64,000 nt of DNA from Parerythrobacter sp. (GCA_028289565.1 JANQPE010000110.1:2841-66840); one strand, 5' to 3'; numbered from the stretch's first letter, positions 17,663 through 25,991 are shown. Program-made: numbers and translations. Notes: generated by a model not told the origin, from the sequence alone.

Positions 17663-18075
17663 GCAGCGCGCTCCGGCTGGAAGGCAAAGGTTGAATATTG
17701 CTGGTTGAACGGGACCACGCAAAACTCCATCGGCATACCCAATTTCAATTGTTCGAGCGTGGCCCCAACGATTCTACTTTCAACGATCACCTCGCCTGGA
17801 AGCTCGACATATCCGAGAAGGAAGGGAACAAAGTCTTGCGGTCCTTCGCCATCACCGTTGCCGGGTCCTTCATAGGGTTCCTTGGGCAGGAAGCCCTGAC
17901 TCGTCCAACTCCAAAGCCTGCCTTTGCGTGCTAGCTTGTAAGGTTCGACATCGCTTGCGGCATCTCCTTGCGGCATGGGAAAGACGATCTCACCCGATGG
18001 CAACTTTCCCCCCATCAGGTGCGGTTCGGGACCATCGCTCCACAGATCGGGATCAATTGGCGTGAGCGTGGTCAT
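17659..18075 (-). CDS. DUF35-type OB-fold protein (thiolase/aldolase partner)
   Basis: 138 aa. Its size, its position directly upstream of an Ltp-type thiolase and the OB-fold segment (GRLWSWTS...FLLGYVELPGEVIVESRIVG) fit DUF35. The usual N-terminal Zn-ribbon cysteines are absent. Confidence 0.7.
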   Translation of the reverse strand: MTTLTPIDPDLWSDGPEPHLMGGKLPSGEIVFPMPQGDAASDVEPYKLARKGRLWSWTSQGFLPKEPYEGPGNGDGEGPQDFVPFLLGYVELPGEVIVESRIVGATLEQLKLGMPMEFCVVPFNQQYSTFAFQPERAA

Positions 18076-19148
18076 GCCGCCTCCGCATATTTTGAGATAT
18101 TGCTGTCAACGTCTCCGAAAAGGCGTGTGAGCACAAGCATGCGCTTCATTGCATGGCCAACTGCCAATTCATCGGTGATGCCCATTCCTCCATGCATCTG
18201 CACCGCCTCGCGAGCGATATGATCGACATTCTGCGACACAAAGGCTTTGGCACCGGCTGTTACACGCTGCCAATTCGCGGCATCTGCCCGGTCGCTAAGC
18301 GTGGCGCGATAGAGCATCGAACGCGATTGCTCGAGCAGTGCATAGCAATCGACCAGCCGGTGCTGCAGCGACTGGAATGAGCCGATGGGAACGCCAAATT
18401 GTTCGCGTTCCTTGACATATGCCAGCGTATCATCAAGCAACCTTTGCCCCAGCCCAACCAGTTCTGCTGCGGCAAGCAGGCGCACATCAGCAGCGCTTTG
18501 CACCAAGGCTTCACCTGACGCGTTGAGCCTGTGTTCGCTCGCTATTTTCACGTGGTTGAAACGTAGCTCACCCGCTATGCTTCCATCGGCCATCCGATAG
18601 TGGCGCAGGTCCAGACCCTCGATCTCGCGCGGGAGGCAAAGGAGTGCAATTTCCCCTCCTTCGTTTGCGGTCACGATGAATTGATCAGCGAGTCCCGCAC
18701 CCAGAACAAAGGTTTTCTCGCCGGTCACGACATTTGCATCGATCCGCGTTTGCTGCGGCTGGACATTGTAACGCTGGCTACGCTCAGCCCAGGCCAGGGC
18801 GAACAGAGTTTCGCCAGACATGGCGGCTTCCAGCCTGTCTCCCGCACCTGCCTGCGCCAGCAGCGTTGCCGGCAGGGCACCGTTTTCCAGCCATGGATCA
18901 GGCGATATCATTTTGCCGATCGCTTCGCTGATCAGGGTCAGATCGACAGGCGAACCGCCCATTCCTCCCTGGCCTTCGCCAACAGCCAGCGCAATCAGGC
19001 CCAGCCCTGCCAGTTCTTTCCAGCGTGCGCGATCATATCCGCCTTCCAGGGAACGCAATTTGCGTCGCGCTTCCACGTCGATCGGCGCGGCAAATCGCTC
19101 TATAGTCGCCGTGAATAATTTCTGTTCTTCGGTTAGATCGAAATTCAT
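18072..19148 (-). CDS. Acyl-CoA dehydrogenase family protein (short, 358 aa)
   Basis: ACAD pattern: MNFDLTEEQKLF..., LGLIALAV.E..GG.G, and a C-terminal REAVQMHGGMGITDELAVGHAMKR segment. ATGA overlaps on both sides. Confidence 0.85.
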   Translation of the reverse strand: MNFDLTEEQKLFTATIERFAAPIDVEARRKLRSLEGGYDRARWKELAGLGLIALAVGEGQGGMGGSPVDLTLISEAIGKMISPDPWLENGALPATLLAQAGAGDRLEAAMSGETLFALAWAERSQRYNVQPQQTRIDANVVTGEKTFVLGAGLADQFIVTANEGGEIALLCLPREIEGLDLRHYRMADGSIAGELRFNHVKIASEHRLNASGEALVQSAADVRLLAAAELVGLGQRLLDDTLAYVKEREQFGVPIGSFQSLQHRLVDCYALLEQSRSMLYRATLSDRADAANWQRVTAGAKAFVSQNVDHIAREAVQMHGGMGITDELAVGHAMKRMLVLTRLFGDVDSNISKYAEAA

Positions 19149-20383
19149 GAAACACGTTCGTAGGTTATCGGCAGTTTGGTGACGCCACGCAGAAGAATAT
19201 TGGGAAGAATCGCAATTCCGCCTTCATCGGCAAGCGCGAAATTATCCAGCCGTTCCAACAGTTCATCAAATGCGACGAACATCTCTTTACGGCTAAGCAT
19301 ATTACCCACGCACATATGCGGGCCTTTGCCGAAGGCGAGATGTGCGCGGGCATTCTTTCGCTCGATATCGAATTTGTCTGGCTCTTCAAACTTGCTGGGA
19401 TCGCGGTTGGCCGCAGCATAGCGAAGCTGCACCATCGCGCCCGCCGCTATGGCCTGGCCACCCAGTTGCGTGTCTTCCTTTACCAGCCGCCACATGCCTG
19501 CCGTAGGCGTTTCATAACGCAGCGCCTCTTCAACCATGTTCTGAATGAGCTTGGGGTCGCGCCCGCCTGCCGCTGCCCTGGCTTTTTCCATCTGCTCCGG
19601 GTTGCGGATCAGTTGCAGCATGCAGCCCGCAATGGTCGAAGTCGTCGTTTCGTTACCCGCAACCATGAATTGCTGCATGATCGACATGATCTCTTCATCG
19701 GTTAGCGGAGTCTCGCCTTCGACGCGCGCTTCTACGAGGTCGGTGAGCAAATCGTCGCCCCCTTCCTTCCGACACTCGTCGATCTTTGCCTTCATGTATT
19801 TCTGATAATCGACAAAGGCGTGGGCGCATTCGAGCTGACGTTCGCGGTCCACCATCTGACTGAACCGGTCGACTGCCGCATCGGACCACTCTTTCACCTG
19901 TTTCGGGTCATTATCCAGCCCGATCTGTTGGGCGATCATTGCAACCGGTAGCGGTATTGAAAAATCCTCGACGAAATCGCCTTCGCTTTTGCTTGCCATC
20001 GCATCGATCAGTTCGATCGATTTAGCGCGCATGTCTTCTTCGATTGCATTCACTCGAGGAGCAGAAAACGCGAGATTGACCAGCTTGCGATTGCGCGTGT
20101 GAACCGGGTGATCCGCAGTCAGCAGCGTAGGGGGATTATCCCATCCTTCGGCCAAAATTTCACGAATTTCCTCATCATCGGCACCCATCAGCGCGGTGAA
20201 ATCGCTGGAGTATATTTCAGGCTTGGCGGTCGCTTCTGAACACAGGTCGTAACTGTATACGATGTAGGTGTTCATCTCAGGCAGATGCTCGATCTTGACC
20301 CTGGCATCGTGCATGGCGCGATAGTGATCAAAGGGGTTTACCAGTGTCTCCGGGGCAAACATGTTCCCTTGTGGCTTATTCAT
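19145..20383 (-). CDS. Cytochrome P450
   Basis: 412 aa with the ExxR motif (EEALRYETP) and the heme-thiolate loop FGKGPHMCVGNMLSRKE. Confidence 0.92.
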   Translation of the reverse strand: MNKPQGNMFAPETLVNPFDHYRAMHDARVKIEHLPEMNTYIVYSYDLCSEATAKPEIYSSDFTALMGADDEEIREILAEGWDNPPTLLTADHPVHTRNRKLVNLAFSAPRVNAIEEDMRAKSIELIDAMASKSEGDFVEDFSIPLPVAMIAQQIGLDNDPKQVKEWSDAAVDRFSQMVDRERQLECAHAFVDYQKYMKAKIDECRKEGGDDLLTDLVEARVEGETPLTDEEIMSIMQQFMVAGNETTTSTIAGCMLQLIRNPEQMEKARAAAGGRDPKLIQNMVEEALRYETPTAGMWRLVKEDTQLGGQAIAAGAMVQLRYAAANRDPSKFEEPDKFDIERKNARAHLAFGKGPHMCVGNMLSRKEMFVAFDELLERLDNFALADEGGIAILPNILLRGVTKLPITYERVS

Positions 20384-20482
20384 TGCGGGCTCCGGTCAGA
20401 GATTGCATATTGGCAAACTAGCCACCCAACCCCCCATAGGGCGATGCGTCAAAGTGCTAGGGCGTAACCAAATTAGCGAGTA

Positions 20483-20863
20483 TTACAGCGCAAATTCGTG
20501 CTGAAATTGCGCCATGTCGAAATAATCACGCCAGGCGGCAATCTTACCCTCGCGGTTGATCTGAAAAATACCCATCACCGGGAGAGCCGCACGCCGCCCG
20601 TCCTTGAGCAGGAATGCATCGGTTCGTTCGGTCAAGACCATGTCTTGATTGGCAGCGATGGCATGAATTTCCCACTCGCATTTTTCGACTGGCTCCATGA
20701 ATCCGTCGACGGCTTCGCGCATTGCAGCCAAGCCCTTAATCGGCTCCATCGGGATATTGTGCCACGTAATGTCTTGTGCGCACATGGAATACATCGCCTC
20801 CAGATTACCGCTGTTCCAATGTTCAACGAAAGTGCTCACGGCTTCACTGGGTGTCATCATCAT
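20483..20863 (-). CDS. Limonene-1,2-epoxide-hydrolase-like NTF2-fold protein
   Basis: 126 aa. It aligns by eye to my recollection of Rhodococcus LEH: WHNIPMEP, VLTERTDAF and PVMGIFQINREGKIAAWRDYFD. The Arg/Asp of TERxD and the Asp of WRDYFD are retained. Confidence 0.7.
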   Translation of the reverse strand: MMMTPSEAVSTFVEHWNSGNLEAMYSMCAQDITWHNIPMEPIKGLAAMREAVDGFMEPVEKCEWEIHAIAANQDMVLTERTDAFLLKDGRRAALPVMGIFQINREGKIAAWRDYFDMAQFQHEFAL

Positions 20864-21642
20864 GCTCCTGTAGTGAATGTTAGTGCATTGCCGATCAGGC
20901 GTCGCACATTTGGATCAGCATAGGTTTGCGGGCCATCACCGAATTGCAGATAGACCAGCGGCGCATCGCCTGCTTTGCGCCACCACGCTACCAGATTTGA
21001 CCCCTCCGAATGGTTCCAGCCTGCATTGGAATACATCTGCCCTGAAACGGCGAGTGCTGCCGAGTAAAAGTTGTCGCTCGTAAATTTATGGCTGGCGCGG
21101 ATCAGCGGATGGACCGCCGACTCATCGATTTGGCAAAGATAAAGCTCGTCGCGCAACGGAAAGGTGGAAGGCAGTCCATCGGTTACCGGGTGAGAGGCAA
21201 TGACCTCGGCGTCATATTCGACATCATGACGATAGCCGGAATCGGATACGTCTTGGCCTTTCCATCTGCCCGCCTGGTAAAGGAAGCGCCCGCCCAACAT
21301 CTCGGCCCATTCGGGCCAATCGGCCCAACCGGCAAGCGCATGGTGCATCGCCACCGCCCCCTTTCCCGCAGCGAAACGGCGGCGAATTGCCGATCTGAAT
21401 CCTTCTGAGGGTCGACATGAAGTCACCCCGCCATCGGCAAAGCTGTAGCCACCCATGTCATAGAACAACAAAGCATCGGCATGATCGGCGGCGCCATCGG
21501 CCACGGCCTCTTCGGCTCGTGGATGGACAAGATGGGTAACATTCCAATCGCCTAGAGAATGGATCAGTTCGTCGAACGGTTCAGCTTCGTAAGGGTGTCC
21601 GCCCGACAGGACGAGCAGGCTTCTTTGAAGCGTTCTTGCCAT
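20860..21642 (-). CDS. ThuA-like protein, paralog 2
   Basis: 260 aa with the blocks GKGAVAMHHALAGW..W.EMLGGRF, SHPVTDGLPSTFPLRDELY and PLVYLQFGDGPQTYADPNVRRLIGNAL. The start shares 1 nt with the upstream stop, and the stop overlaps the next ATG. Confidence 0.7.
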   Translation of the reverse strand: MARTLQRSLLVLSGGHPYEAEPFDELIHSLGDWNVTHLVHPRAEEAVADGAADHADALLFYDMGGYSFADGGVTSCRPSEGFRSAIRRRFAAGKGAVAMHHALAGWADWPEWAEMLGGRFLYQAGRWKGQDVSDSGYRHDVEYDAEVIASHPVTDGLPSTFPLRDELYLCQIDESAVHPLIRASHKFTSDNFYSAALAVSGQMYSNAGWNHSEGSNLVAWWRKAGDAPLVYLQFGDGPQTYADPNVRRLIGNALTFTTGA

Positions 21643-22655
21643 CAGGCGATCTTCAGAATCATCTTGCCCTGATTGGACCCGGCAAAGAGGCGCATGAATG
21701 CATCATAGGCATTCTCCAGACCTTCATCGACGTGCTCATCGACGACCAGCTTTCCGGCTGCTGCCCATTCACCCATTTGGACTGTGCCCTCGGCAAAGCG
21801 TTCAACATAGTCAGCCACGAGCAACCCTTCGATCTTCGCGCGCTTGACGATCAGGCGCCACAAGTTGCGCGCGCCAACCGGAGTGGGCGAATTGTACTCG
21901 CTTATCAGTCCGCATAAGCCGACGCGCCCTTTCATCGCCAAGTTTGTGAGGCTCGCATCAAGAATGATGCCCCCGACATTCTCAAAGATCACGTCTACAC
22001 CATCGGGTGCCGCAGCTGCTATTTCCACCGCGAGCGTTGCCTCGTCTTTGCCGCGGTAATCAATCGCGACATCATAGCCATAGCGATCAACCAGTTTGGC
22101 GCATTTTGCAGCCCCGCCCGCGATGCCGATGACCTTGCAGCCCGCGATCTTGGCCAATTGACCCACGATTGAGCCCACCGCGCCAGCGGCCCCTGTGACA
22201 AGTACGGTCTCCCCCTCTTTCGGATCGCACACGTCCAAGAGCCCAAAATAGGCGGTCATCCCTACCGCGCCAAACAGCGAGAGATAGTTGGTGACGTTGG
22301 GCACCAACCCGGGATCGATCGGCTGAGTAAACCCGCCCGCCTGACTGACCGAATAGTCTTCCAGCGCATGCAGGCCCATCACCCATTGGCCTTTCTCAAA
22401 GCCGTCGGCGCGGCTCTGTTCGACAATGCCGATCGTGCTCGCACGAACGGGAGCATTGAGAGGTATGGGCGGCATATAGCTGTCGGCATCGTCCATCCAT
22501 CCCCGCATGGCCGGATCAAGCGAGGCGTAGTGATTGCGGATGAGGAACTGACCTTCCGCAAGTTCAGGCACCGGCTCGCTCACCAGCTCGAAGTCTTCAG
22601 CAACAGGTTCACCATCAGGTCGGCGGCGCAGCAGGAAACGGCGATTTTCGCTCAT
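21642..22655 (-). CDS. NADP-dependent medium-chain oxidoreductase of the YncB/CurA/PTGR1-like (alkenal/enone double-bond reductase) type, paralog 1
   Basis: Cofactor loop VTGAAGAVGSIVGQLAKIAGCKVIGIAGG and a C-terminal LFAGSNQGKMILKI segment. I moved the start to ATG 22655 (MSENRRFLL). Confidence 0.82.
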   Translation of the reverse strand: MSENRRFLLRRRPDGEPVAEDFELVSEPVPELAEGQFLIRNHYASLDPAMRGWMDDADSYMPPIPLNAPVRASTIGIVEQSRADGFEKGQWVMGLHALEDYSVSQAGGFTQPIDPGLVPNVTNYLSLFGAVGMTAYFGLLDVCDPKEGETVLVTGAAGAVGSIVGQLAKIAGCKVIGIAGGAAKCAKLVDRYGYDVAIDYRGKDEATLAVEIAAAAPDGVDVIFENVGGIILDASLTNLAMKGRVGLCGLISEYNSPTPVGARNLWRLIVKRAKIEGLLVADYVERFAEGTVQMGEWAAAGKLVVDEHVDEGLENAYDAFMRLFAGSNQGKMILKIA

Positions 22656-22681
22656 TATTCGGTCCTTTGAATTCCGGGGTT

Positions 22682-24820
22682 TCAAGCAGCTTCTATTTTG
22701 ACCGGGATTGCACTTTGAAGTGCTTGGCCTGTGATAGGATCATAATCGACCTCCTCGCTGGTCAGGCGATTCGTCGATCCGCCCATCTCGCGGACATTGT
22801 GCTTACCAGCCTCGCTGTCGCCAAAGGCGTGAGCCATTGAGATCAATCCGCGTCGCACGCGATCACTGCCCTGTGCCACTCCATGAATGGAGGCATGCGG
22901 CGAAGAAATCTCGATCACATCGCCGTCCTTGATCTCTCGTGCTGCCATATCCTCCGGATGGATATAGGCCGGATTGGTGGTGATCTTTTTGCCCAGTTTC
23001 TTGAGTGGTTGGCCAATCGAGTTGAAGCGCGCTTTCGAGCGGCGCGAGATCAACTTGAAATCAAAGCCTGCTGTCCGTGCTTCATCAGCGCCGTATTTTT
23101 CCAACTGCTTGGGCATGCCGCCCGCTGCAAGCTGGAAGCGATAATGCTGTTCGGGGTCAGCCGCCTTGATCACTGGATGGAGATCGTCATAGATGACCGC
23201 AGCGCCACCAGCTTGTTGCGCATCTTCGCGCACCGTGCTGGGAGGCACAATGCATCCAGCCACCATCAGATCGAGAAATTCCTCCTTGGTAGGGCGTTTG
23301 TCCATTGGAACATCGCCCCCGGGCAGTTGCATCTGTACACCCAGATTGCTCCCGATCTGCCAAAGCATCTCAAATTCGTCGATCACATCGCCTGGCGCTT
23401 CCGCCAGCGCTTCGGTGTATCGTGCATATGCACGCTCATGCCACCATTCCGACAGATTGGTTATGTCTTCGCGTTCAAGGCATTGCTTGGGCGCAAGCAC
23501 CACATCGGCACGCTTGGCGCTGGCACTCATCCATGGGTCGATCTGGACGAATAGCTCCAGATCATCGAGTGCGCGGCGCATTTTGAGCTGATTGGGGAAG
23601 CCGACTTCGGGATTGCCGCCGACCGAAATCAGCGCACGGATTTGCCCTTCGCCAGGAGTGAGAATCTCGTCCGCCATGACATTGCAGGGCATTTCGAACA
23701 GTAATTGGCCTAGCCCGCGAAAGCGCGATTTGGCCATTCCGTCGACTCCGAACAACGGTGCGGGCGGTGCAACCTGGGCACGCCTTTCGCCCATTTGCAC
23801 CGTAAATACCCCGGGCACACCGCACTTTTCGCCTTCTTGTTTGAACCGTGCACAAACAGTGTTGAGGCAGGTGACGAGGTATTCAGTGAGTGTGCCATTG
23901 CCAGCCATTTCGGGCCCGGTTCCGGTAACGGCACATCCCTGTGAACCGCCTGCGAACATACGAGCTGCGGCTACAAGCTGGTCTTTTTCGACCCCCGCGC
24001 GTTGTGCGGCAACATCAGGTGTAAAGGCAGCGACGGCTTCTCGCAGTTCATCCAATCCGTCGACATGAGCGGCAACGAAGTTGCGGTCGTAAAGTTCCTC
24101 TTCGAATATTACATTGAGCATGCCTGCAAGCAGCGCGGGATCCTCACCCGGTTTAACAGGCAGGTAGATATCGGCAAGTTGGCCGACTTCCGCCAGGCGC
24201 GGATCGGCAACAATCAGCTTCAACCCGTCCTTCTGTCTGTCGCGGATGCGCTTGGATGGGCTGAATGGTGGCACCCCGCCGACAGGCGCATAGTGCGAGA
24301 CAATAGGATTATTACCGATGAATAGGGCAACATCGGCATCGGAAAAATTGTTCACGCCCCCCATCCACTTGCCATAACGCTCCGTCGTGAAAACCTTGGC
24401 TGGCTGATCGAGGGTGACCGAGGTGAAAAAGTGCTTGGTTCCGATTGCCTGCGCGAGGCTGAGCGTTGCCATCATTGCGGAGCTGTTTTGGTAACCGCCT
24501 GATCCCATGAACAATGCGATGGAATCCGGACCATGTTTATCGATGATTCGGCGGAATTCGTCGCTGACATGGGCCAGCGCGTCTTGCATCGGCGTCGACT
24601 GAAATTTCCCTTGCTCATCGCGCACCAAACTCATGTGCAGGCGATCTTCGGAATTGTGTGAGTCGGGCAGTTCTCGTCCCTTCATGCAGGTATAACCACC
24701 ATATTCCGGATCATCCGGATCCCCCCGCACCGCTTTGACTTTACCATCCTCGATATCGACCAGCATGGCGCAATTGGCGTGGCAGAAGCGGCAAAATGTA
24801 CGGTGTGTTTGAACGCCCAT
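22682..24820 (-). CDS. Molybdopterin (bis-MGD) oxidoreductase family protein, single subunit, no Tat signal
   Basis: It has the N-terminal 4Fe-4S Mo/W bis-MGD-type motif C-x2-C-x3-C-x27-C (CRFCHANCAMLV...GGYTCMKG), followed by the long molybdopterin-binding and C-terminal beta-barrel regions. I moved the start to ATG 24820 (MGVQTHRTF). There is no twin-arginine leader. Confidence 0.85.
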   Translation of the reverse strand: MGVQTHRTFCRFCHANCAMLVDIEDGKVKAVRGDPDDPEYGGYTCMKGRELPDSHNSEDRLHMSLVRDEQGKFQSTPMQDALAHVSDEFRRIIDKHGPDSIALFMGSGGYQNSSAMMATLSLAQAIGTKHFFTSVTLDQPAKVFTTERYGKWMGGVNNFSDADVALFIGNNPIVSHYAPVGGVPPFSPSKRIRDRQKDGLKLIVADPRLAEVGQLADIYLPVKPGEDPALLAGMLNVIFEEELYDRNFVAAHVDGLDELREAVAAFTPDVAAQRAGVEKDQLVAAARMFAGGSQGCAVTGTGPEMAGNGTLTEYLVTCLNTVCARFKQEGEKCGVPGVFTVQMGERRAQVAPPAPLFGVDGMAKSRFRGLGQLLFEMPCNVMADEILTPGEGQIRALISVGGNPEVGFPNQLKMRRALDDLELFVQIDPWMSASAKRADVVLAPKQCLEREDITNLSEWWHERAYARYTEALAEAPGDVIDEFEMLWQIGSNLGVQMQLPGGDVPMDKRPTKEEFLDLMVAGCIVPPSTVREDAQQAGGAAVIYDDLHPVIKAADPEQHYRFQLAAGGMPKQLEKYGADEARTAGFDFKLISRRSKARFNSIGQPLKKLGKKITTNPAYIHPEDMAAREIKDGDVIEISSPHASIHGVAQGSDRVRRGLISMAHAFGDSEAGKHNVREMGGSTNRLTSEEVDYDPITGQALQSAIPVKIEAA

Positions 24821-24960
24821 AACGCAAGATCCCTCTAATGTCGGTCGGCGCAAAGATACCAAAAATCCATAATTCCTCGACTGACATTTTTGGCCGTGGC
24901 TTGGATCGTCTGGAGGGCGCATTAGCCCGGTTGAAACAGATATCGATAAGGAGCTCGACC

Positions 24961-25962
24961 ATGCCATTCACAACCCGCCAGTGGCTGCTGAACGGACACC
25001 CGCGTGGCCGGGGAATCGAAGATGGGGATTTCAAGCTGGTGGAGACCGAACTGCCCGATCCCAGAGATGGTGAGATGCTGCTTGCGACACGTTATCTCGG
25101 ATTTGATCCCGCGCAAAAAGGGTGGATGGAAAACATCGCGGATTATGTTGCTCCGATGCAGATCGGCGAGGTTATGCGTGGCAGCGGGATTTGCGAAGTT
25201 CTCGAAAGCCGCAATGATGCGTTCAAGCCGGGCGATATGGTTTTTGGCACGACCGGCTGGACCGAGCATCTCGTTCACAATGGGCATGATCTCAACAAGA
25301 TCGAAACCGATCTGCCGGTGACAACGGTACTGTCCGTGCTCGGAACGACAGGCGTGACTGCCTATTGCGGGCTGTTCAAGGTTGGCAATCCAGTTGCTGG
25401 TGACACGGTGCTGGTTTCGGGCGCAGCGGGTGCGACGGGCTCAATCGTGGGGCAACTGGCCAGGATTGCTGGCTGCCGGGCCGTCGGCATCGCCGGCGGA
25501 CCCGATAAATGTCGATGGCTGGTAGAAGAAGCGGGCTATGATGCGGCGATCGATTACAAGGCAGGTGGCGTGGGCGATCAGATCAAGGAACACTGCCCGC
25601 ACGGTGTTGATGTGATCTTTGACAATATCGGCGGGTCGATCCTCGATGATATGCTGGCGCGGATCTCCACCGGGGCGCGTGTCGTGATTTGCGGTGGGAT
25701 TAGCCGTTATGAAACGGGCACTCTCCCTGCGGGGCCGCAAAATTACTTCAATCTGGTGTTCCGTCGCGCGAGCATGGCCGGATTTATCGTACTCGACTGG
25801 GCAGCGGAATTTCCGCTCATTCGCAAGCGTCTGGAGGGCTTCGTGAAGGATGGCAGACTGAGCTATCGCGAAGATATCCAGCATGGCTTCGAGAATGCGC
25901 CCGAGACCCTCAAACGCCTTTTCAGCGGTAAGAATAAAGGCAAGCAATTGCTGGAGTTGTGA
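24961..25962 (+). CDS. NADP-dependent MDR enone/alkenal reductase-type oxidoreductase, paralog 2
   Basis: VSGAAGATGSIVGQLARIAGCRAVGIAGG and LFSGKNKGKQLLEL. ATG 24961 lies behind AAGGAG. It is divergent from the molybdoenzyme gene. Confidence 0.85.
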   Translation: MPFTTRQWLLNGHPRGRGIEDGDFKLVETELPDPRDGEMLLATRYLGFDPAQKGWMENIADYVAPMQIGEVMRGSGICEVLESRNDAFKPGDMVFGTTGWTEHLVHNGHDLNKIETDLPVTTVLSVLGTTGVTAYCGLFKVGNPVAGDTVLVSGAAGATGSIVGQLARIAGCRAVGIAGGPDKCRWLVEEAGYDAAIDYKAGGVGDQIKEHCPHGVDVIFDNIGGSILDDMLARISTGARVVICGGISRYETGTLPAGPQNYFNLVFRRASMAGFIVLDWAAEFPLIRKRLEGFVKDGRLSYREDIQHGFENAPETLKRLFSGKNKGKQLLEL

Positions 25963-25991
25963 AAGCGACGGTCAGGGCCCGGACAGGCAGG

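Noticed and set aside
16622-17875. 417-aa plus-strand ORF
   Set aside because: It is entirely antisense to the thiolase and DUF35 genes. This is a typical long shadow ORF of GC-rich coding DNA, with no recognisable domain.
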